A stretch of 64,000 nucleotides of DNA, from NCBI GenBank assembly GCA_016933255.1, contig JAFGBF010000015.1:79725-143724 (forward strand). The letters run 5' to 3'. The notes beneath the pieces were generated by a model, which worked only from the letters and a program-made list of their open reading frames with translations, did not search any database and was not told the origin of the DNA. Each line of letters begins with the position of its first letter. Within the stretch, counting starts at the first letter, position 1. Shown here one piece after another: positions 29,517 through 37,600 of the stretch. The DNA is from Candidatus Krumholzibacteriota bacterium. Lineage in GTDB: Bacteria; Krumholzibacteriota; Krumholzibacteriia; Krumholzibacteriales; Krumholzibacteriaceae. The position numbers were made by a program, and so were the translations under genes.

Positions 29517-30230
29517 TTATTTTTTCTTTCTCAGAAGAGGAGTTATCCCGAGAAGTCCCAGGCCCAAAAGGCTGAGCGTGCCAGGTTCAGGAACAGGATA
29601 GAAAGCTGTCGCATCGCAATCCCACGGATTGGTGTAGGTCACGCCTCTCGCGTCGAGTCCTATAGCGTCAAAATGTGTCCAGGAGAATCCCTTGGTCACG
29701 ACTTTAAAATCGATTTCCTGGCCATGTCCGGGAAGCTGAGGTGTACCGTCAATGTGGTCATAATAGTACGCCTGATGCTGGTTGTCGAGACCACCCTCAA
29801 TCTCATAGAAATTGAACTTTCCAAAGAGAGCCGGAGGAGCAATCCGCAGATACCACGCAGGGTTTGTTTCGTCAGGCACCGCATCGCAGTAGTTATAGAA
29901 AGTGCTGATCTCCACTCCGTCTATCCAGACTGTCCCCGACTGGCACATCGGGACGCTGATCGCGATCCAGGTTCTCATCTGATCACGTTCCGGATAAGCT
30001 GAGCCCACATTCAGAGGGGAGTCCGGATTAATGTCCTCTTCCCAGTACCCCACGACCCTCAGGTCGAATTCCTGCGAATATGTGACAAACGAATACTGGT
30101 CGAGCAGGCTGTGGAATTGTTCGTATTCTGAACCAACTATATAGGTCTGGAGCCTGGGGACCGCTGCGGCAGAGCCGGTAAAGAGCGCCAGAACAAGCAA
30201 AATGCCGGCAAAAGAAGTGACTTTCTTCAT
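29517..30230 (-). CDS. PEP-CTERM sorting-domain protein, paralog A.
   Basis: Signal peptide MKKVTSFAGILLVLALFTGSAAA. Identical C-terminal VPEPGTLSLLGLGLLGITPLLRKKK. Shares internal motifs with paralog B (VPRLQTYI, TVWI.G.EI.TFYNY). Confidence 0.85.
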   Translation of the reverse strand: MKKVTSFAGILLVLALFTGSAAAVPRLQTYIVGSEYEQFHSLLDQYSFVTYSQEFDLRVVGYWEEDINPDSPLNVGSAYPERDQMRTWIAISVPMCQSGTVWIDGVEISTFYNYCDAVPDETNPAWYLRIAPPALFGKFNFYEIEGGLDNQHQAYYYDHIDGTPQLPGHGQEIDFKVVTKGFSWTHFDAIGLDARGVTYTNPWDCDATAFYPVPEPGTLSLLGLGLLGITPLLRKKK

Positions 30231-30298
30231 ATTTTTCTCTCTCAGGTGTCGGAATCGGTTATAATAAGCGAAATTATCCTATCTATGCCGGTAGTACC

Positions 30299-30313
30299 GC
30301 AATCTGCGTGCCA
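30299..30313 (-). promoter_or_regulatory. Sigma-54 (RpoN) promoter driving the PEP-CTERM gene pair.
   Basis: The minus strand reads TGGCAC-gcaga-TTGC, a perfect match to the -24/-12 consensus TGGCAC-N5-TTGC. It sits about 70 nt upstream of the ATG at 30230. Confidence 0.75.
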
Positions 30314-30393
30314 TTTTTGAAATCATTTGTATCATGTTATATAACAACATGTTATTGGTCTGCTCTATTGTTTCTGAAAGGGAGCCGGCAAAA

Positions 30394-30429
30394 GTGTAAA
30401 AGATGCCGACAGTCAGGCACCTTTTACAC
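30394..30429. promoter_or_regulatory. Inverted repeat GTGTAAAAG-N18-CTTTTACAC. Candidate enhancer (UAS) for the sigma-54 promoter and/or terminator hairpin of the upstream gene.
   Basis: Perfect 9-bp arms with a nested TGCC/GGCA. It lies 80-115 bp upstream of the -24 element, across an AT-rich bendable spacer, and about 25 nt downstream of the stop of the 30452..31054 gene. Confidence 0.5.
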
Positions 30430-30451
30430 CGTATGCCAGATGATCTTGGGG

Positions 30452-31054
30452 TCAGCGGCTTTTTCGGGTTCTTGTCGATCCAAGCGATCCGAACGAGGAA
30501 CTTCTGCTTCTTCTCGTGCTTGAACTGAATCTTGATCCAAAACCTGGGCTGTTCCTCATCGAGCCGCGGCGTACGCTGGTGTTTATGTTGATATTTACAG
30601 GGTTTACGGTCTGGCGCCGATTTCCTCCCCGGACTATGCTCGAGGGCGAAGCCATCATCCCCGTGCCTCGAGAAGCTCCATTTCTCGTCCTGCTTGTCTG
30701 AGGCATAAAGGAGCCGGATATTCCTTTATGGGTATAGCCGGAAGCTTTGAGATCCGCACTCCATCCGGTCCTCTGCTGGCGCATATTTCTGTTTCCTGCC
30801 AGCGCTGCCGGCCTTCTGAACTCTTGAGATGACCTTTCGATCCCGGTCGACCAGCCGGCAGGCCCGGTTTTTCTTGAACTGATTACAGATGAACGGGTCA
30901 CAGCTTTCTGCCAGTCTCTGTCGACTGCATCGCTCTGGTTTTTAGCCCACTTTGAGAATTCACTGTTTTCCTTTGCGCAGGCATCGGTGCCGGCAAAGAA
31001 CAACGGATTTATTACAATAACCAGCAACACTGCGGTTGCGATCAAGTAACGCAT
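30452..31054 (-). CDS. Secreted, Arg/Ser/Gly-rich low-complexity protein of unknown function.
   Basis: Clear signal peptide (MRYLIATAVLLVIVINPLFFAGTDA). The rest is basic and disordered (SRFSSSTRRSRSSSFGSLGSTRTRKSR). Preceded by a near-consensus sigma-70 promoter. Confidence 0.5.
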   Translation of the reverse strand: MRYLIATAVLLVIVINPLFFAGTDACAKENSEFSKWAKNQSDAVDRDWQKAVTRSSVISSRKTGPAGWSTGIERSSQEFRRPAALAGNRNMRQQRTGWSADLKASGYTHKGISGSFMPQTSRTRNGASRGTGMMASPSSIVRGGNRRQTVNPVNININTSVRRGSMRNSPGFGSRFSSSTRRSRSSSFGSLGSTRTRKSR

Positions 31055-31170
31055 GACAACTTCCTAACATCTATCTGATACGGATATACAAAGAATGCGG
31101 ATTTAGAAAACACCAACTGTACGCAGAGTCTTAGAAGAGGAGAGAATCTTCTAATTCGTTTACTACAGAA

Positions 31171-31199
31171 ATTGTACCATACCTCGCCGGATATGTCAA
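31171..31199 (-). promoter_or_regulatory. Sigma-70 promoter (TTGACA-17-TACAAT) for the 30452..31054 gene.
   Basis: The minus strand reads TTGACAtatccggcgaggtatggTACAAT. Leader of about 110 nt to the ATG. Confidence 0.6.
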
Positions 31200-31337
31200 C
31201 CTCACGAAGATATCGGCGAGATTGAATATTATCTTTTCCGACTTTTTTCGGTACCATGATCCGATACTGAATAAGGAGCGCGCGCTTTTCAGCGGTCATG
31301 CTAAAATCATAAAAAAATATATCCGGGACATCCCCCC

Positions 31338-31366
31338 TTGACTTTTATTATGACTCCGATTATGTT
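31338..31366 (+). promoter_or_regulatory. Sigma-70 promoter (TTGACT-17-TATGTT) for the downstream glutamate dehydrogenase.
   Basis: Hexamers with 17-nt spacing read directly from the sequence. About 40 nt upstream of the ATG, which has an AAAGGAG RBS. Confidence 0.55.
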
Positions 31367-31407
31367 GCCTGCGTCAGGTAGCTCTTAATCGGAAAGGAGA
31401 ATTAATA

Positions 31408-32694
31408 ATGACTGATAAGTCGTTTAATCCCTTTGAGATGGCTCAGACGCAGTTCGACAGCATCGCGGACAAGCTTGACCTGGATGAAGGAACGAGAGAA
31501 CTTCTGCGATATAACCAGAGAGAGTATCATGTGAGCATTCCGGTGCGCATGGATGATGGCACTGTTAAAGTATTCAGGGGTTTCAGAGTTCAGCATAATG
31601 ATTCAAGAGGCCCGGCAAAGGGAGGTATTCGTTTTCATCCGATGGAGACTATAAATACCGTGCGGGCCCTGGCTATGTGGATGACATGGAAGTGCGCTGT
31701 CGTGGATATTCCTTTAGGCGGGGCAAAGGGCGGAGTCATATGCGATCCGCATAACCTGAGTGCCCGGGAACAGGAAGGGATATGCAGGGGGTGGATCCGC
31801 CAGTTATCCAGGGATCTCGGTCCCCTGAACGATGTTCCGGCACCGGATGTCATGACAACCCCCCAGCATATGCTATGGATGCTGGACGAATTCGAGACTA
31901 TCAGGGGGTCCAAACTCCCCGGGTTTATTACGGGCAAGCCAGTGGGTATGGGCGGTTCGATGGGCAGGACCGAGGCTACCGGCTATGGCGTGATATTCAA
32001 CGTCCGTGAGGCTCTGAAGGAACTGAAGATCCCTCCAGCAGATACAACCGCGAGCATTCAGGGTTTTGGCAATGTCGCGCAATACGCCATTGAACTATAT
32101 AACCAGATATGGGGAAAGGTCGTTTGCGTATCCTGCTGGGACCAGAAGGATCAGATTTCCTATTCTTTCAAGAAACTTGACGGTATCGATCTCGTAGAAT
32201 TAAAAGGTATTACCGATCGTTTTGGGGGCATCGACAAGAAGAAAGCTGAAAAATCAGGCTATGAGATCCTCCCGGGAGATGCCTGGATAGAACAGGAAGT
32301 CGATATTCTCATCCCCGCTGCGCTTGAAAACCAGATTACCGGGGAAAATGTCGGGAGAATCAGCGATAAGGTAAAGATTATCGCCGAAGGGGCCAATGGC
32401 CCGACGACGCCGGATGCCGACAAGGAAATATCAAGCCGAAAGATTTTTATGATTCCCGATCTTCTGGCTAATGCCGGAGGCGTAACGTGCAGTTATTTTG
32501 AGCAGGTTCAGTGTAACATGAACTATTTCTGGGAGAAAGACGAAGTTCTTGGTAAGCTCGACACCAAGATAACAAACGCGTTCAACGCCGTAAACGGACT
32601 GGCCAAATCCAAAAAACTGTATATGCGTGACGCTGCTTATGTTATAGCTGTGGGCCGGGTAGTCGAAGCTTGCAGGGAACGTGGTTGGGTCTAA
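31408..32694 (+). CDS. gdh: Glutamate dehydrogenase (hexameric, about 430-aa class).
   Basis: Catalytic lysine motif IPLGGAKGGVICDP. Rossmann GFGNVAQYA. 428 aa. Confidence 0.9.
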   Translation: MTDKSFNPFEMAQTQFDSIADKLDLDEGTRELLRYNQREYHVSIPVRMDDGTVKVFRGFRVQHNDSRGPAKGGIRFHPMETINTVRALAMWMTWKCAVVDIPLGGAKGGVICDPHNLSAREQEGICRGWIRQLSRDLGPLNDVPAPDVMTTPQHMLWMLDEFETIRGSKLPGFITGKPVGMGGSMGRTEATGYGVIFNVREALKELKIPPADTTASIQGFGNVAQYAIELYNQIWGKVVCVSCWDQKDQISYSFKKLDGIDLVELKGITDRFGGIDKKKAEKSGYEILPGDAWIEQEVDILIPAALENQITGENVGRISDKVKIIAEGANGPTTPDADKEISSRKIFMIPDLLANAGGVTCSYFEQVQCNMNYFWEKDEVLGKLDTKITNAFNAVNGLAKSKKLYMRDAAYVIAVGRVVEACRERGWV

Positions 32695-32926
32695 AACCGG
32701 ATCGGCCCCCGTTCAAGCCTGAGAAACGTATAAATCAAGGGCTCAAGTCGAGGTTCCTTTCGCTGCAGTGGAACATGCAATGTCAATGACGGCTTGACAG
32801 ATCCCGGCATATTGGATCAAGGTTCGCGAAAAGGGTGTTCGGGTTTTTATTTGCCGGCTCTCTTATTGTTATTCGAGGAAGACTGGTTTCGATATTCTTT
32901 GCGGTTCCAGCAAGAGGTAACCTCTG

Positions 32927-34693
32927 ATGGCTAGGAACAAATACAGCCCTCACCAAGGTTCGCTGGTGCCGTTCGACCGCGATTTTTTCTCCAGTGCCCA
33001 CAGATTTACATATATCGGAAAAGGGGAACTTGGGGGAAAGGCTCACGGACTGGCGGAAATCAAGGGTGTAATCGAATCGGGGATCATCGACAGGTTTTCT
33101 CCGGATATTTCCGTGACAATACCCACGTTAACAGTTATTACCACAGAATATTTCGATCTGTTCATGAAACAGAATGACCTCTACGATATAGCCTACTCCG
33201 GCCAAAGCGATGATCTGATAGCGCACGCTTTTCAGAATGCTCACATGCCTGTACAGATTGTGGGTGATTTGAGAGCTTTGGTACAACAGGTCCATACACC
33301 TCTGGCCGTACGTTCTTCGAGCATGCTCGAGGACGCCATGTTTGAACCGTTTGCCAGTGTCTACGGAACTAAAATGATACCTAACAACCAGCCTGACGTT
33401 GATTCGCGGTTCAGAAAACTGGTCGAAGCCGTCAAATATGTGTATGCGTCGACCTTTTTCAAGGCGGCTGGAAATTATATGAAGGCAACGCATCACTCCA
33501 CCCTGGACGAAAAGATGGCGGTTATTATACAGGAAGTAGTCGGTTCAAGGTGGGGGGAGCGATTCTATCCCCAGGTATCAGGCGTAGTACGCTCATACAA
33601 TTTTTATCCGTTCGGAAACGCTTCGCCGGAAGATGGAGTCGTGGATCTTGCCCTGGGTCTTGGGAGGATGATTGTCGACGAAGGAGTTGCGTGGTCGTAT
33701 TCTCCCTCCTTTCCAAAAGCCTGCCCGCCGTTTAATTCCGTAAGCGATATGCTGAAAAACACCCAGACGCGGTTCTGGGCGGTCAATATGCAGGCTCCCG
33801 AGGCTTACAACCCGATTGACGAAATAGAATATATGGAAAAATTCGATCTGGCGGCGGCAGAGTACGACGGCTCGCTCGCCTTCATAGCTTCGACGTTCGA
33901 TTCACAGGACGGCAGAATCTCCGCCGGCATCGGTGTCAAGGGGCCGAGGGTCATCGATTTCGCGCCGATTCTCAAATCCAGGATGATACCGCTGAATGAA
34001 CTTCTGGAAACACTTCTCAAGACGAGCGAAGACCGTTTGGGTACGAGGGTCGAGATCGAGTTCGCCGTGCGTTTGGACAGAAAGGAATGTTCTCCGGCCG
34101 AGTTCGGGTTCCTTCAGATAAGACCGATGGTCGTGGCAGAAGCGGAAGTCGATCTGAGCCACGATGATTTAAGAGCAGATAACGTTCTGGCCGCGTCGGA
34201 GACTGTTCTTGGCAACGGCGTTCTCGATACGGTCAAGGATATTGTATTTGTCGATCCGGAACGGTTCGATGTGAGTAGATCGAGGGAAATTGCAGAGGAA
34301 TTGGAGAAATTCAACGAGACGCTTGTAGGCTCAAACAGGCCTTATCTTCTGATAGGATTCGGCAGGTGGGGGACTTCGGATCCATCTTGCGGAATACCCG
34401 TGGCATTTGATCAGATATCCGGAGCGAAGGTGATAATCGAATCTTCTCTCCCGAACCTGACTTTCCAGCTCAGTCAGGGGTCTCATTTTTTCCACAACGT
34501 TACGAGCTTCAAGATTTTTTACTTCTCTCTGCATCACAGGGGCGAGTACGACGTCAACTGGGAATGGTTAAAAAAACAAAAAGTGGTAAGTGCGACTGAG
34601 CACCTGAAGCATGTCGAGCTTGCTTCTGCCCTCACGGCCAAGGTCGACGGCAGGAACGGCAGGGGAGTCATATATTATGAAAAAGAAGAATAA
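32927..34693 (+). CDS. PEP/pyruvate-binding (PPDK_N, ATP-grasp-like) domain protein lacking phosphohistidine and PEP-utilising domains.
   Basis: GGKAHGLAEI and VRSSSMLEDAMFEPFASVYGT are typical of the nucleotide-binding N-domain of PEP synthase/PPDK/rifampin phosphotransferase. No TSHAA-type swivel-domain motif was found. Confidence 0.65.
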   Translation: MARNKYSPHQGSLVPFDRDFFSSAHRFTYIGKGELGGKAHGLAEIKGVIESGIIDRFSPDISVTIPTLTVITTEYFDLFMKQNDLYDIAYSGQSDDLIAHAFQNAHMPVQIVGDLRALVQQVHTPLAVRSSSMLEDAMFEPFASVYGTKMIPNNQPDVDSRFRKLVEAVKYVYASTFFKAAGNYMKATHHSTLDEKMAVIIQEVVGSRWGERFYPQVSGVVRSYNFYPFGNASPEDGVVDLALGLGRMIVDEGVAWSYSPSFPKACPPFNSVSDMLKNTQTRFWAVNMQAPEAYNPIDEIEYMEKFDLAAAEYDGSLAFIASTFDSQDGRISAGIGVKGPRVIDFAPILKSRMIPLNELLETLLKTSEDRLGTRVEIEFAVRLDRKECSPAEFGFLQIRPMVVAEAEVDLSHDDLRADNVLAASETVLGNGVLDTVKDIVFVDPERFDVSRSREIAEELEKFNETLVGSNRPYLLIGFGRWGTSDPSCGIPVAFDQISGAKVIIESSLPNLTFQLSQGSHFFHNVTSFKIFYFSLHHRGEYDVNWEWLKKQKVVSATEHLKHVELASALTAKVDGRNGRGVIYYEKEE

Positions 34694-37600
34694 TATTACT
34701 GACGATCTTATCAAGTCTTTTCTCGAGAGGGAGAAGGAACTCAAATGCCTATATCAGATCGAGGAGATCCTCAAGAAGTCAAACAGTGATCAGGATCAGA
34801 TTTACAGCAGGATTCTCGAGGCAATTCCGCTTGGGTTCCAGTATCCCGAAGTCTGCAGTGTCAGGATAACGATCGGAACCGAGATAATCGAACCGAAGGG
34901 TCTCACCGAGACCAGATGGGTTTTGAAAACCGACATTCCGGTGCAGGAAAAGAAGGCCGGTGAAATCAGCGTCTATTATTCAAAGGAAATGCCGAGGGAA
35001 GACGAAGGCCCTTTTCTCAAACACGAAAAAAGGTTGCTGGAAGCAATTGCCGACCGGCTCGGCAGTTCTATCCTGCACAAACGGCTGAGAGACGCCGAAG
35101 CGGTGGAACTCGGCCAGGAGCCCGAGGAAGAATCACATGAATGGCAAGTAGTGTTAAACCTCCTGAGGCATACGGACAAGAATCTTTTTATAAGTCTTTC
35201 CGAAAGAATGTTGAATCATCTCAGCTGGACTGGAATATCGGAGATAGAGAATATCGAACTGGACTTCAGTAAGGTACAATTGGATGCAGATGAAGGTCTG
35301 AACAGGGAAAGCAACAGACCCGACAAGAGGCGAAAGGTCGAACTGTCAGAGACCGTGTGCGAACAGATATTTAAAGTCGCCGCAAAACACTACACCGACC
35401 AGACCATACTGGATTATCTGCAGAGATGGATTGCGGACGACAAGCTGAAATTCCTGGCTCATATTTCTAACCGCAATTTTAACTTGTCGGAGATCATCGA
35501 CGCTATAAGGCGCTATCGGGATATCGCCCGCGAGGGCATCGAGCTTTCTCCCGTCGCGAGGGAAGGTGTTTTAGTCTCGCTGATAAGAAGATTCTTTTCC
35601 AGTCAGCTGAACTACATCAGGTTGGCCAAAAATTATGTTAGAAATAATGATTTTTTTGATGTCGTTGACAGGATAATTTTTACCAAGGACAGCCACGGAA
35701 GGTTGGGAGGCAAAAGTGCGGGCCTTTTCCTGGCAGAAGCGATAATAAAAAAATCCGAAGACTCCAGCGATCTTTTGAGGTCGGTTAAATTTCCCAGAAG
35801 CTGGCATATCACCTCGGATGTTATTCTGGGATTCCTTAAATACAATAATATGGATGAGGTGGTGGAACAGAAATACAAAGAGATAAACCAGATCCGCCAG
35901 GAATATCCCTATGTCATCCAAACCTTTAAAAATGGCCATTTCCCTCCGGAAGTCGTGCAGGGGCTTTCGATGGTTCTCGATGAATTCGACGAAAGGCCAT
36001 TGATAGTAAGAAGTTCGAGTCTTCTCGAAGACAGCCTGGGCGCCGCGTTTTCAGGCAAATACAAGAGCCTTTTTCTGGCAAATCAAGGGAGCAAACAGCA
36101 TAGGCTCGAAGCGCTTATCGACGCGATTGCGGAGGTCTATTCATCTATCTTCGGTCCTGATCCGATAGAGTACAGGGCGGAACGGAACCTCCTCGATTTC
36201 GCCGAGGAGATGGGTATCATTATTCAGGAGGTCGTGGGTAAAAAGATCGGAGATTATTTCTTACCGGCTTTTGCGGGTGTTGCCTTCAGCAGGAACGATT
36301 TCAGATGGTCTCCCAGAATAAAGAGGGAAGACGGCCTCATGCGTCTCGTTCCCGGACTAGGGACACGTGCAGTGGACAGGATAAGCGAGGATTATCCTGT
36401 CCTTATCGCCCCCGGGCAGCCGGGGTTGAGGGTAAATGTGACAGCCGAAGAAATCGTATACTATTCTCCCAAGAAAATAGATGTAATAAATTTGAAAACA
36501 AACTCCTTTGAGACGATCGATATTAAGGATCTGCTGAAGAAGCATGGGCCTGAGCTGCCGCTCGTAAATAAGATAATATCCAAATTTGAAGACGATCATT
36601 TAAAAAAGCCTCTTGCAATGAGCGTTGATTTCGAGAAGGATGACCTCGCGGTCACTTTCGATGGGATAATCAATGATTCAGACCTGATCAAGCAGGTCAA
36701 CGGACTTCTGAAACTGCTTGAAAACAAACTGGAGTCATCGGTTGACATAGAGTTCGCCCATGACGGGGAAGATTTTTATCTTCTTCAGTGCAGGCCGCAG
36801 AGTTTCAACGAAGACTCCGCTCCAGCGGCCATTCCCAAGAATATCCCTGATGAGAAGGTCGTATTTTCGGCTCACAAGTATATCTCTAACGGCCGCGTTC
36901 CCGACCTTACTCACATCGTTTATGTAGATCCCCAGAAGTACTCGGAACTGGGCAGCAAGGAGGATCTCATAGCTGTCGGCAAGGCTGTTGGGGAACTGAA
37001 CAAACTTTTACCAAAACGGCAGTTTATCCTTATGGGGCCGGGGCGATGGGGAAGCCGGGGAGATATCAAACTCGGTGTCAGTGTTTCCTATTCAGATATT
37101 AATAACACCGCGGTACTGGTGGAAATCGCGAAGAAAAAAGGGAACTATATGCCTGATCTTTCATTCGGCACACATTTTTTCCAGGATCTTGTCGAAGGTC
37201 AGATCCGATATCTTCCGCTTTATCCAGACAACGTTAAGAACACGTTTAATGAAAGGTTCCTGTTGGGTTCGAAAAGTATACTTGCGGATATTCTGCCTAA
37301 ATATTCCTCACTCTCGGATGTGATAAGGCTGATTGACGTTCCGAAGGTCACCGGTGGGCTCGTTTTCAGGGTTCTGATGAACGCTGATTTAGGTGAAGCA
37401 CTGGGTATTCTGGATGAAGCTGGAAAAGAAACAGACGTCGATGACGTAGAGATCGTAGATATTGAAATTCCGTCAAAAAAGTACTGGTTATGGAGATTGC
37501 GCATGGCTGAGCAGATCGCATCTGAACTCGATCCGGATCGTTTCGGAGTTGCGGGTTTCTATGTTTTCGGAAGCACGAAAAATGCCACGGCGGGATTGAA

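Noticed and set aside
31042-31299. 85-aa minus-strand ORF.
   Set aside because: It overlaps the TTGACA-17-TACAAT promoter and the leader of the 30452..31054 gene. It is most likely non-coding.
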